A DNA stretch of 64,000 nucleotides from the human T2T-CHM13v2.0 reference genome, Homo sapiens. This document shows, in pieces, positions 1 to 11,897 of this stretch; the first letter of the stretch is position 1; every line of letters begins with the position of its first letter. Position numbers and translations under genes: made by a program. Under the pieces are notes generated by a model. It had not been told where the DNA came from, made no database searches, and worked only from the letters and a program-made list of their open reading frames with translations. The stretch is from assembly GCF_009914755.1 (NCBI RefSeq), contig NC_060942.1, one strand, 5' to 3'.

Positions 1-803
1 ACAGCTGAATTTCTACCAGAGGTACAAAGGAGAGCTAATACCATTTCTACTGAAACTATTTCAAGCAATTGAAAAGGAGGGACTCTTCCCTAACTCATTT
101 TATGAGGCCAAAATCATCCTAATACAAAAACCTGGCAGAGATACAACAACAACAACAAAACCTCCAGGCCAATATCCCTGATTAACACTGATGTAAAAAT
201 TCTCAATAAAATTCTGGCAAACTGAATCCAGTAGCACATCAAAAAGCTTATCCACCAGATCAGGTTGGCTTCATCACCAGGATATAAGGTTGGTTCAACA
301 TACACAAATCAATAAATGTGATTTCATCACATAAACAGAACTAAAGACAAAAACCACATGATTATTTCAATAGACACAGGAAAGGTCTTTGATAAAATTT
401 AACATCCCTTTATATTAAAAACTTGCAATAAACTAGGTATTGAAAGAACATACCTCAAAATATTAAGAGTCATATATGACAAACCCACAGTCAGTATCAT
501 ACTGAAAGCGCAAAAGCTGGAAGCATTCCCCTTGAAAACTGGCACAAGACAAGGATGCCTTCTCTCACCACTCCTATTCAACATAGTATTGGAACTTCAG
601 TCCAGGGAAATCAGGCAAGATAAAGAAATAAAGCATATTCAAATAGGAAGTCAAACTCTCTTTGTTTGCAGATGTCATGATTCTATATCTAGAAAACTCC
701 ATCGTCTCAGCCCAACAGCTTCTTAAGCTAATATGCAACTTCAGCAAAGTCTCCAGATACAAAACCAATGTGCAAACATCACTAGCATTTCTGTACACCA
801 ACA
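1..803 (+). mobile_element. LINE-1 ORF2 (RT region) fragment, older L1PA/L1PB type, cut by the window start
   Basis: Translates to [20 protein letters not shown] and [11 protein letters not shown], and parallels the intact L1 ORF2 at 23810-24620. Frameshifted. Confidence 0.92.
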
Positions 804-809
804 TATTTA

Positions 810-1145
810 GGGGGAGGAATTCATTTGTGGTGTTGCATATGGCAATAGTTAATTGATCTCACTGTTACATGTCACTGTGTAAATATACCAAAATTCATTT
901 ACTTATTCTACTATAAATTGGCTTTTTTGTTTTTGACTCCACTTAGGAGCTGATGTGAACAGAGCTGCTACGGAACATTCTTCTATATGTCCTTTGGTGT
1001 CTATACAAACTTAGTATTGTTAGATGTATACCTAAGAGTGGAATTCCTGTGTGATTGTGTGTGCATAAGCCAAGTGATTTTCTAACATGGCTGCGAATAT
1101 ACACTTCCACCACTAGTGTACAAGAGTTGCATTTGCTCTGTATTA
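810..1145 (-). mobile_element. Ancient L1M (L1ME-like) 3' fragment
   Basis: Degenerate reverse L1 3' motifs (gtgtaaatataccaaaattcattt, atacctaagagtggaatt, acttccaccactagtgtacaagagtt). Confidence 0.6.
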
Positions 1146-1434
1146 CAAGTAGGATTCATGCATGCATATCCCCACTGTAGTTGACAGTATTTATTCTCCT
1201 ACAAGCTCCCGTCTTATTTCTAAAGACTTTTCTTTTCTTAGGCATAAGTTAGGGACCATGTCCTCAAATGCCCCACTATGTGGGGACAGAGTAGCAGTGT
1301 GAATAAATATCAAGCTTCCAAATGGTTCCTTTGAATAGCCTCTCATTGTGCTTGAAGTGAAGAAAATACACCCCCACTTCTTCCCTTTGGAGAGAGGAAA
1401 CTCACAGTACAACAATAGATTTCTCTATAAAAAT

Positions 1435-1660
1435 GTTGGCAAAATATATATAACATAAAATTTGCTATTTTAACCATTTTAAGTGTAAAATTCAGTGGCA
1501 TTAATCACATTGACAATGCTATGCAACCATCACTACTATCCATTTCTGGAACTTTTTCTTCATCCGAAACAGAAATTGTGTACATATTAAACAATAACTT
1601 TCATTACCCCGTCCCTACACCTGCTAACCACCACTCTTCTTTCTGTCCCCATGAATCAAT
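1435..1660 (-). mobile_element. L1MB-like 3' end fragment
   Basis: aacataaaatttgctattttaaccattttaagtgtaaaattcagtggcattaatcacattgacaatgctatgcaaccatcac is typical of a reverse L1MB 3' UTR. Confidence 0.7.
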
Positions 1661-2787
1661 ACCTTTCTCTTGTCTTCCTCACTAAATTCTCTGCCTACAT
1701 CTAAGAAGCCTACCTTTTTATGGCCTTACTACAGGTGAAATGCCAAACAGTCATGGAACACATTCTAGAATACTCTTCTGAATGTTTCCATCTTGGTCTG
1801 ACACTTAACTTTGGGATTTCATTCTCTGTATATGTTCATGGCTCAATCAAAACTTTTAAACTTTTAAATTTTATGAAACTGTTTTACATGAGCATGCAGC
1901 ATTGGTGAATTACTTTTTCCCTTTAATCATCTTTGACCTCTGACTGCATTTTTTTACTGTCCTTCTAAACAGTCAGAAATTTTTCACTGAAGAGTCGCCA
2001 TTAGTTTTTCTTGCCATATGCAGCTGCTGAATGAACTTTCTGTTTTTGCTTTGACAATTTAGGTAGCAAAATGTTTCCCAATTTGAAAAATGTGAGTTTA
2101 ATATATCTACTGTGCATCAATTGGACTGGGCTGAATTTAGCTGATGGCGTAGGAGTGCCTCAATAACTCAGCATTGCTATAAATGTATCATCCTGCTAAA
2201 GAACGTTCTTACGTATTTGCAAAGCTCTTTGGCCTCTACAGTAAATTGAAGATAATGAGAACTGGTAGTAAAGTATTAGAAATTTTCTCTTTGTGATGAT
2301 ACAGGTAGAAATTGCCCATAATTGTGATCTATTATCTATAATGAGTTTTTTGAAATCTCCTTATAATCAAAACAAATTATTTAACTCTCACAGGATGCTC
2401 CCAACTGGATAAAGAATACATATTCCCTTCTATAGAGTGTATCATCTGCCTATTATGAAGAAATATATATAGATTCATAAGTAATCTTCCAAAATTGTGC
2501 TGTCATTTCTTGGCCAGAACTTTACATTTTTCCAAAGCCAGGCTTAAACATGAAAGGGCCTCAAGAGACCTTTAATCTATGATTATTTCCAAGAAGCTGC
2601 TCAAACTCAGTGTAGAGAACTTTCCACTGTCTATATAATAGACAGTACCAGTTCTCAAAGAGCTTAAATAATCCCACAGACCAGCAATTATCTCACAAAA
2701 GTACAAGTAGTCATCACCTGCAGTAGAGAATTTGGTGCAGCAGAGAGCACTTCCCCGTATAAAAGTTTTCCTATGTAGGCTCTACAT

Positions 2788-2916
2788 CAGAGGTCAGCAA
2801 ACTTTATCCCTTAAGGCCCAGATGGTAAAATATTTGTGGACCATATAGGCTCTGTCACAACTATTCACCTTTGCCAGTGTAGTGCCAAAATGGTCATTGA
2901 CAATATGAAAACAAAT
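2788..2916 (+). mobile_element. MER58 (hAT-Charlie MITE), left half, split by the ERV
   Basis: Starts cagaggtcagcaaact. The 8 bp TSD CTCTACAT at 2780-2787 recurs at 10046-10053. Confidence 0.85.
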
Positions 2917-4471
2917 TGTCGTGGATCCTTGGGGTGTCAATTTGCCAGCCAGAAACCTCTGTGGCTAGTTGCACTTTTGCCCAAGCTTTGCTTGGGGCTG
3001 CTAGGCTTGTTCCACCCACTTGACCTGGCAGGTTGTGCTCGGCTTGCACTACTGGCCCAGATCCCATGCCTGCCAAGGACGAGCCAGGCACAGAGTGGTG
3101 AGGGGTGCATGAGTGAACGAGTGCAAGGTCTGGCCCGTGTACAGCCAGGCACACTGGCTGTGGTAGGGGGGGAAGCTCTAGCTGTCGGCATGGGCACCAG
3201 TTTCCTGTGAGGCTATGGCTGGGCCAGGCATACTGCTAGCAGCTTCCACTGCAGGCACTGGGGAATGCAGTGGTGCCTGGAAGCTTGGAGATGCCAGGAA
3301 CCGCAGAGCCCCAAAAAGGGTGTCACAGCCCTGGCTTGGGGAGCTCCTAGGTCTGGGTTCCCTGAAGGGCTGCAGCTTTTCACTCCTTTTCTCTCTTTTC
3401 TCCTTCTTGTCACCCACAACATGGTGAGTTGGGGGTTGGGGGTTCAGCCCTATCTGTGTTACAGCTCTTTTAGTCCCACCATTCAGCAAGTCCCAAGTTC
3501 TTATCTTGTGTGCAGGAAGAATGAGATAAGCGGACAACTGGAGGGTTAGCAAGGTGAAGAGGGGTTTTATGGAGCGACAATACAGCTCTCAGGAAACCTG
3601 GAGTGGGTAGCTCCTTTCCACAGAGAGGATGTCTCATTGTCTCTTCAGCCCTCAGCAAAGAGGAAATCCAAACTGGGTAGCTCCTATCAGCAGTCAGGTC
3701 ACCCCATCATCTGCCAAAGTCTGGCTGAGTCCGGGGTTTTTATGGGATTCAGAGGGGAGAAAGTGCATGCTGATTCGTCCATGGGTGACCATGGGTGGGC
3801 CTGGAAAAAGCACCATAAGTTCTCACTCTGGTCTGCAGAACAGGCACCCTGGCCCCTAGACATCAGGCTGTCCCTGGCTTGAAGGTGGGGGCTTCACTGG
3901 GGACCCATCCCTTTCCACCAAAGAGTCTGTCTGCCTCTTGCCACCATCAACCTGCCATCCACGGTGCTCAGGTTGTTCATGTGTAGGGTCACCTGCAGGC
4001 CTGTGCCAAGTCACTCTCAGCCCCCGACTTGGCCTCTCTTCCATTATTGTTAGTGCCCAAAGTCTGGAGGGGGCCAAGGCAGCAGAGGGCTGGTGTGTCA
4101 GCACCACCCTGAGTGCATGCCAGGTCATGAGAGTGCTCACGCTCAGCCTCAACTTTGCTCCAAAATCAGAGCAGGCACTGGGCGTGGGGAGAGGCCAGGC
4201 AACAGGAGCAGGCACTTCCAACCCTGCAGGGTCAGGGGGGCTTCCCAGGTTACCGACAGTGCAGGGATGCCTGAATCCACAGCTGTCACTAGACAGTTGC
4301 AGCTGCACCCAGGATGGTGGGGCTCCTGCCCCACCAACTTGGAAGGAGGAGGGACTTCTGTCTGTTTCCAGCTCCTGCTGGCTCCATAGAGTGCATAGCC
4401 TTGGCCAAGTCTCCCCCACTGCAGCTGGCATCTTTGTAGTGGCCACTCCAGATGGGCTGCCGCTGCCATCA
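2917..4471 (-). mobile_element. 3' LTR (MER52-type)
   Basis: TG...CA termini; the minus strand starts TGATGGCAGCGGCAGCCCATCTGGAG; preceded on the minus strand by the PPT; homologous to 8407-9933. Confidence 0.88.
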
Positions 4472-4490
4472 ATCCCCCCCCCTGAAGAGG
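4472..4490 (-). other. Retroviral polypurine tract
   Basis: Minus-strand G-run (CCTCTTCA-Gn-AT) directly abuts the 3' LTR. Confidence 0.8.
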
Positions 4491-4999
4491 TACAACTAAC
4501 TGCTGTTAGGATAGGGACAATAACTGCTCTTAACTGCTTCATGCTGAGAGGGGCCATTGTTTTGGTGAATACGGGAGTCAGATCTCTCTCAGAGGTCTAT
4601 CTAAGGGTCCTTAGTAAAAAACGGAGCCATTGTCTGAGCCTCTAATTGAATGATGCTTGGAGTTTGATAGCCTCTTGAGAATAAACAAATTTTAGAAGGA
4701 GGCTAAGTATACATCTACCAAATAGGAGTGTTATACAAAAAGGAGCTAAAAGGAAAAAAATAGACTATTCTGATAACAATGTTGTGGCTAGAGCTGTTAC
4801 ACCCCGGTGGAAAAAAGTGAATCTGGTATGGGGGCAGTTAAACTTTAATAGAGAAATAATTGTTTAGGGGTGTAGATAATTCCTTGGGAGTTCAGGATTA
4901 AGGAGTCCTTGACAAAGATGCTTTATAATGAGGAACAGAACAAAGGCGAGAACAGTAAGGAAGAGGTCTTCTCAACTACACCTGAGGGGTTAGAAACAA

Positions 5000-6607
5000 T
5001 ATTGGGTTAAAGGTTTTCCTGAGATGTCCCCCAGAGTCGTGCTAAGAGAGGAGGCAGGGGGCTGAATTGGAGAGGAGAAATGAAAGGCTCACTCCAATTT
5101 CCAGGAGGAGGTCCACCTTCCTCTCTTCAACTTCTAAACCACTGGAGCTGGGGAGAGGAGCGTCGGGACCCATTAATCCTGCTGGATCATTTGGGCTGGG
5201 CCAGGAGTCCTATGTCTCCAGAGACAGTCTGCCCTCCAGTGATCCCCACTGCATATTGGACAGCATCAAGGTGGTTTCCTCCTGCTGTCCAGACAGTCCT
5301 TCCTAAACTGCCCTGGCTTGCCACATTTGTAGCGGTTATCAAGTGTATCCAGTGACTCTGGGGTTTGTGAGCATGTGAAGTGGCTATTAGAGCCTCTGCC
5401 TTTTTCTTGTGTCTCCTTTTCCTGTCTTGGGCCTCCTTCTAATCTGTATTGTAAAATACCAAGGTGACCACTTTCAGGAGGTTCTCTAAAGCACTATCTG
5501 GTCAAATGGCCTGTCTCTGCAGCTTCCTCCTGATATCAGGGGCTGCAAGAGTAATAAATTTATCCTTTAGAATTAGTTTTCCTTCGACTGAATCAGGAGA
5601 TAGAGAGGTGTGCTTTACCAAGGCCTCTCTTAGCCTTTCTAAGAAGGCAGTGGGATTCTCTTCTAATCCATGGTCTATCATGGATAGTTTGGAGTAATTG
5701 ATTGGCTTAGTCCTAGTTCTCCATAAGCCCTCCAGTACACACATCTGAAAGTGCTTCCTCTTCCATTCTCCCATTTCATCATTGGGGTCCCATTTAGGGT
5801 CCTCCAATGGTACTGCTATTCTTCCAATTGGATAAAGCTCATCCCCTTCCCTGGCACTAAATAAGATCCAAAGTTCATCTCCAAAATTCTCTGCCACTGT
5901 ACAGCAGCCTGCTTTACAGCAGTACTGAGGATCCGATTCAAAAGTAACATAACGTTCTTCCAGGAGAGTTCAAATACTTGGATTAATTTCTGGAAAGCAT
6001 CTATATACTTATCAGGGTCATCTGAAAACTTTCCAAGATCCCCCTTAATTTGCTTTAAGTCCTGTGGAGAAAAGGGGACCCAGACCTTAATGGGGCCATA
6101 TTCACCAGGCCTCTGTTGTAGGGGCAGGAATGAGACTGGGACCTGCCTAAAATGAGGATTTCTAGGATGGGGCAAGCTTGAGAGAGAACCTACATAAGTA
6201 GGAGTGGAGGGAGAGTTGATTCCCCCACTGGAGGTACTTCTGGGGTTTGCTTCCCAAGTTCCCCGGGATTGCACCTTGCAACCTCTCCTGAGATGGCTGC
6301 TAGGAGGACTGAATCAATCTGACAATCTTGGCAATTTATACTCCTGCAAGGGAAAGACAGCCTGCACATATGGGACCTTGGACCATTTGCCCTCATGTTT
6401 ACAGAAAAGGTCCAGCTGCAGGATGGTATTGAAATTAATGCTTCCTTCCTGAGGCCATGTTTCTCCTTCCTACAGAAAATAATTCAGCCACACCTTTGGG
6501 CAAAAGAATATGAGATACTTTTTCTCCAGAGACTGAGAGTCAAAGGAGCCACAGTGATTCAGAATACACTCTAGAAGAGCGTAGGCTGAAGACGATTTGT
6601 TACCCAT
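5000..6607 (-). pseudogene. gag: Disrupted gammaretrovirus-like gag and start of pro
   Basis: Starts MGNKSSSAYALLECILNH at 6607. Capsid segments VPFSPQDLKQIKGDLGKFSDDPDKYIDAF and MHR EENPTAFLERLREALVKHT. Degenerate zinc knuckles RYKCGKPGQFRKDC and CPICSGDHWRADC (~5215-5340). Protease active-site relic DLLLEIGV (LLDTGA-like) near 5090-5115. Stops and frameshifts throughout. Confidence 0.88.
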
Positions 6608-7826
6608 CTAGAGGAGAGGACAGAAGAGGAAAAATGCATTTTTCCCTCTCTCCAGAGTCTGAAGGTCAAAGCAGTCCCAGTGATTCAGGATTCACTCAAA
6701 AGCAGTGCAGGCTGAAGATGATTGGTTGCCCATTTGGAAAAGAAGACAGAGGCAGAAAAAGGTGCTTTTTCTCTCTCCAGAGTTGGAGGGTCAAAGGGGT
6801 CCCAATGATTCAGGATGCATTAGAGAGGAGTGCTGGCTGAAGATTGTTGGTTACCCATATGGAAAGAGGGAAAAGTCATTCCTTTGTTCATTTTTCTTTC
6901 CAGCAAATACCAGGGGTACATGATGAAGACAAAAAAAGGCATCCCCTTCTTTCTCCTGACCTTATATCCACGAGTCCTGGTGACCTTTGCAGGTGCTGAC
7001 CACAGGTGAAAGTGCAACCTTCACCCATGAAGCAGAAAGGCATAGCCAGCAGGAATGTTAGCACTCACCTACTCGATGCCTAAGCCTCCAACTGTAAGTA
7101 ACCTTTGAGTTTCCTAGACCTTATCTATGCCATGGATGTGAGCATAACCTCCATCTATGAAGCAGGAGGGCCTAATTGGAAGGAATTAGTCATGCTCACC
7201 TGTGCTGTGCCCCTAGACTTCCCCTGTCATCTGCCTCTGTATCTCTCAGATCTAATTTTCCTTTCTAGGGCATCAAACCAAAGCTTAGGACAAAAGGGTG
7301 CCTTGGGAGAGTGTAGGGACCCATTAAATTAGGCCCAGATGGCCCTTGAAAAATTGCAGCCAGCAACCAGTGGGGCTGCTCCTCCATTGCTTCCCTATCA
7401 TAAGAAGGTGAAGCTGTAGGACCAGGTCCTCCTCAAACAAGGGAGAGAAAGGGAGTCCGAGGAATTGGGGACCTGGCCTAACAAGATGCCTCCCAAGAGG
7501 AAAAAATCATTAGAAAATCTCCCTGTATTTGCAGGACTTTATTGACTCAACATGGTGAAGGAAAGAGAAAAGAAACAACTTAAGCACAAGGGAGGGGAAG
7601 GTGCTTGGAGGAAAAGCCTCTTGCCCTATGCAAATGGGTTTCTTCAACATGGGAAAGAGAAGTCTCAATTGTTATATCCTCCTTGATTCTAAGAAGAGAC
7701 AGACACCAAATTGTTCTAATTTACATTCCTGATGACCAAGCCAAATACTCATTCTACCCAGTAATATTATCTCTGTGGTTTGCAACAACACCCTTAACAT
7801 TGTATATAAAGAAGATCTAGGAGCCA

Positions 7827-7995
7827 AGGAAGGAAGGAAGGAAGGAAGGGAGGGAGGGAGGTGGGGGGGTGGAGAAAGAGAGAGAGGGAGGGAGAGAGAG
7901 AGAAAGAAAGAGAAAGAAAATAAAGAAAAAGAAAGAAAGAGAGAGAAAGAAAGAAAGAAAGAAAGACAGAAAGAAAGAAAAGAAAGAAAAGGAAA
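7827..7995 (+). repeat. GA-rich simple repeat ((GGAA)n/(GAAA)n) in the ERV leader
   Basis: Directly visible purine tract. Confidence 0.95.
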
Positions 7996-8384
7996 GACTG
8001 GAGGTCCTAGTGCTGACACTCTAACTGGCAGTTGGGAACTGGAGTTAGTCCAGGGGCCTTTGGATAACACCAAGTTGTAACCTTAACCATATACTCTCAG
8101 TTGCCCCAGGACCTTTTTCTGATCCCACTTGACAACTAGACCTTTCTGAAGGGAAACTGGATTAGAACAAAGCCAACATTCCCAACGCCTAAGGTGATGG
8201 GGGATTGACAGTGTCCTCTTCAGCAAACCTGTCCTCTGTATCTTAAGTCCAGCAGCCACATGAGTTGCTTTTAACTGGCTGGCAGAGGTGTGGTAGTTTG
8301 CTTTCATTTTGGCTATTGTGGAGTTTAGGGACTCTTAAAAAAGGACAGAAAGCAGCAAATCCACTTTTACTCACCCTTCCACAG

Positions 8385-8403
8385 ATCCTGGATGAGCCCC
8401 CCA
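8385..8403 (-). other. Primer binding site, tRNA-Pro
   Basis: Minus strand TGGGGGGCTCATCCAGGAT versus the Pro PBS TGGGGGCTCGTCCGGGAT, immediately after the 5' LTR. A splice-donor-like GAAGG/GTGAGT follows at ~8369-8379. Confidence 0.85.
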
Positions 8404-8406
8404 AAA

Positions 8407-9933
8407 TGCCACAGGATCTTTGTGGTGTCACTTTTTCAGCTGGAAACCTTTGTGGCCAGTGATGTCTTTGTCTGAGTTTTGCTTGGGCCTACTGGGCTCA
8501 TTCTGCCCACTCGGCCTGGCAGGCTGTGCTCAGCTCACGCTTCTGGCCTGGATCCCATGCCTGTCAAGGGCAAGCCAGGCACAAAGCAGTACATGAGTGA
8601 GTGAGTGTGGGGTCCAGACACTGTGTACAGCCAGGCACGGTGGCTGTCACAGGGCAGGCAGCTCCAGAAGCCAGGTCAGGTGCTGCTTCCTTGCAAGGCT
8701 GTGCTGGACAAGGTGTATTGCAAGTGGCTTCCACTGTGGGCACCAGGGAATGTGGTGGTGCCTGGAAGCTTGGAGATGCTAGTAACTGCTGCCTGGAAGC
8801 TTGGAGATGCTAGTAACTGCAGAGCCCCAAAGAGAGTGTCATAGCCTTGGCTCAAGGAGCTCCTAGGTCTGGGCTTCCCAAAGGGCTACAGCTCTTCTCT
8901 CCTTGTATTTTCTCTCCTTCTTGTCACCTGCAATGTGGTGAGTTGTGGGGGGGGATGCGTGTTTCAGTCCTCTGTGTGTTATAGCTCTTTTAGTCCCACC
9001 ATTTGGCAAGTCCAGAGTTCTTGTCCTGCATCCAAGAAGAATGACATATGCAGAAAACTAGAGGGTGAGCAAGGCAAGGAGTTTATTTAGTGACAGTACA
9101 GCTCCTAGGAGACCCAAAGTTGGTAACTCTTATTTACCTGCAGATCATCCCATCCTCTGCCCAAGTCTGGCTGAGTCTGGGGTTTTTATGAGCTTCAGAG
9201 GGGAGGAAGTGCATGCTGATTGATCCATGGGCAGTGATGGGCAGGCCTGGAAAAAGCACAAGTTCTCACTCCAGTTTGCTCCGCAGAACTGACAGCCCCA
9301 GCCCAGCCCCTAGGCTTCAAGCCATCCCTGGCTTGAAGGTGGGGCTTCACCAGGGACCCACCTCCTTCTGCCTAGGAGCCTGTCTGCCTTTTGCCACCAT
9401 CAACCTGCTGTCCATGGTGCTCAGGCTGTTTGTGCCAAGGGGCACCTGAAGCCCTGTGTTGAGCCACCCTCAGGTCCTGACTTGGTCTCTCTTCTATGCT
9501 CACCAGCACCCAAAGTCTGGAGGGGGCCAAGGCAGCAGGGGCTGGTGTGCCAGCAGCACCCTGAGTATGTGCACATCTGGCCAGGTTATGACAGCACCCA
9601 GGCTCGACTTCAACTTTGCTCTGAAATCTAAGTGGGTGCTGGGAGCAGGGAGAGGCCAGGCAGTGGGAGCAGGCACTTCTGAACCTGCAGGGGCAAGAGG
9701 CTTCCAGGGCCCCCAAGAGTGCAGGGATGCTTGGGTCTGCAACCATGGCTGAGTGGCTATAGCTGTGACATTGAGGCTGGGGTTCTAGCCCCACCAACGT
9801 AGAAGGGGGTGGGACTTTTTCCTGTTCCTTCTCCGTCAGACTTCATGGAATGCACAGCCCTGGCCTTGCCTTCCCCACTGCAGTTGGCATCTTTGCAGTG
9901 GCCACTCTAAACAGGCCACCTCTGCTGCCATAA
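8407..9933 (-). mobile_element. 5' LTR (MER52-type)
   Basis: Homologous to 2917-4471 and adjacent to the PBS. Confidence 0.88.
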
Positions 9934-9937
9934 AAAT

Positions 9938-10045
9938 GCTACAGTAAATTTGTTACAGTGAAACTTTATTTGTATAACAATAAAACTTTACACAAACAGA
10001 CAGTAGGCATGATTTTGTTCACCATCCACAGTTTACCAATACTTG
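9938..10045 (+). mobile_element. MER58 right half
   Basis: caataaaactttacacaaacag...cacagtttaccaatacttg, followed by the TSD CTCTACAT. Confidence 0.8.
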
Positions 10046-10169
10046 CTCTACATAGTCTTGAACTTAAAATTGGTTATTCATACCTTTGCATTACAAATTA
10101 TCCTTTGCATACATTTAAAATGTAGCTATGTCTGTAAAAACTCACACATCCCAAATTCCTCTGTATGAT

Positions 10170-10595
10170 GTTGCAGACCCCACCCCATATTCATTCCGTC
10201 TGAATTATTCTCTAGCTACTTCAGTTTCTGGTAAGCTGATAGCAACCTATTTTAAGCGCCTGAATCTTTCTTCTTTTGTGAATGACGATTTCTCCAGAAC
10301 TAGGTAGATATAAGAGTGTTAATCCCTCCAGAGCAAACTTCAGCCATTGGAAGATGGGAGTCGGAGGGTAAGTGGAAGCCTCTCTGTCCCCAGAGAGATA
10401 ACTGTGAGCCATGCTCCATATGGTGTCTCAGAACATCCCAAATAGGATTAAGCTCCAGTTGCCTAAAGCAAAATCAGTTCATTACACACAATTTATTGGC
10501 ATTTTTTTCTTTCCTTGTCTCTCTTTCTCATTTGTGCTTCCTGGAATCACTTCCCAAATCAACTGCTTGCGGTTATATTCTTGCCTAGAAGCAAG
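10170..10595 (+). mobile_element. LTR16-like ERVL solo LTR, degraded
   Basis: ggattaagctccagttgcc and ttcctggaatcacttcccaaatcaactgcttgc resemble the LTR16 3' part. Confidence 0.6.
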
Positions 10596-10729
10596 TGGGG
10601 TGCATGCAAACAGTGAAAACCTGATGAGTGAGAAGGAAGAGAAATTCTGACAGTGGGTAGATGGCACTAAAATGGATGGTGGCACATAAAAGACATAATG
10701 TGAGGTGTTGAAACAAGCCATTTAGTCCA

Positions 10730-10850
10730 AAGATATAGCTCAAACTCCCAATTTGCCACTTATTGTATAATTATCTGACTTTCAGCAAGTTACCTAAGCT
10801 CACTGAAGCTTTGTTTTCTCATATGAAATATTGGAAAAGTTCTCTCCTTA
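10730..10850 (+). mobile_element. MIR SINE
   Basis: Core-like gcaagttacctaagctcactgaagctttgttttctcatatgaaa. Confidence 0.65.
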
Positions 10851-10854
10851 TGTT

Positions 10855-11897
10855 TTTTTAATAAATATTTTTTAACTGTTTTAGACTCTCTGAAAAATTG
10901 TGATGATAGCACAGAATTTACATATTCTCAGTACCCAGTTTTTGCTATTATTTGTATCTTAGATTAGTATGATACGTTTGTTACAATTAATGAGCCTGTA
11001 TTGAATCATTGTTATTTACTGATGTCCATTCTGTATTCAGATTTTCTTAGTTTTTACCTCACATCCTTTTACTGTTCCAGGATCCCATCCAGTCTAGCAT
11101 ATTTGTCCTATGTCCTTAGGCTCTTCTTGCTGTGGTAAATCCTTACACTTCCCCTGTTTTTGATTACCTTGACAATTTTGAGAACACTCGTCAGCTATTT
11201 TGTAGAATGTTCCTCCATTGGGATTTGTTTGATATTTTTCTCACGGTTAGACTACGGTTATGAGTTTCTGAAGGAAGATCACAGAGGTAAAGTACCATTT
11301 TCATTCCATCACACCAAGGGTAGTAGATATCAGTATGATTTTCAAAGTTCATGTTGACCTTAATCACCTAGCTGAGGAAGTGCTTGCCAGGGCTCTACAC
11401 TATAAAGGCAACCTTTCCCCTCTATCAATACTGTACTCTTAGGAAGAAAGTCACAATGCATAGCTCACACTTAAAGAGTGAAGAGTTTTGAGCTACCTCC
11501 TTGAGGGTGAGACATAAATTAATTGAAATTCTTTTTTTGTCTGAGAGATTTGTCTCTTCTCTTCCCATTTATTTATTAATCTTATTTATTTATATTACTA
11601 AAGATTTGTGGATATTTATATTATATGTGGGGTTCAAACCCAATTCTACATTATTTATGTTGTTGCTCAAATTGTTTCAATTTGGTGAGTGAAAACTCTT
11701 GGATCCTGTGCTCTTTGATACATCCCCCATCAAAGTGAGTTTTTCTAAAGCACTTCCTTACTTTCTTACGCTACAAGATGACTTAGCCTGTATAATTCTT
11801 GTCCCAATCCAGTCACCTATTTCTCCAAGAATCCCTGACTCCTTTAATTGAGAATGTTATTAGAAGCCAAGGTCTGGGTGCCAGGTGTGCTCACTAT
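10855..11897 (-). mobile_element. L1MC/L1MD 3' UTR
   Basis: Reverse L1MC/MD 3' motifs (ttagtatgatacgtttgttacaattaatgagcc, ttccaggatcccatccag, tagaagccaaggtctgggtgccaggtgtgctc). Confidence 0.7.

Larger units (their letters stand above)
2917..9933 (-). mobile_element. ERV1 provirus, MER52 LTRs with MER52-int/HUERS-P3-like interior, pol largely deleted
   Basis: Two homologous ~1.5 kb LTRs, 4 bp TSD AAAT (2913-2916 / 9934-9937), tRNA-Pro PBS, PPT, and gag/pro remnants on the minus strand. Confidence 0.9.

Noticed and set aside
3856-4645. Overlapping 233 aa and 235 aa ORFs on opposite strands
   Set aside because: They lie in the GC-rich MER52 LTR, show no recognisable domain, and are not preserved as such in the sister LTR.
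4490-4970. Possible env remnant before the PPT
   Set aside because: The position fits, but I could not read a convincing immunosuppressive domain, CX6CC motif or other TM motif.
7672-8080. Lys/Glu/Arg-rich and Ser/Leu/Phe-rich ORFs
   Set aside because: Translations of the GA simple repeat.
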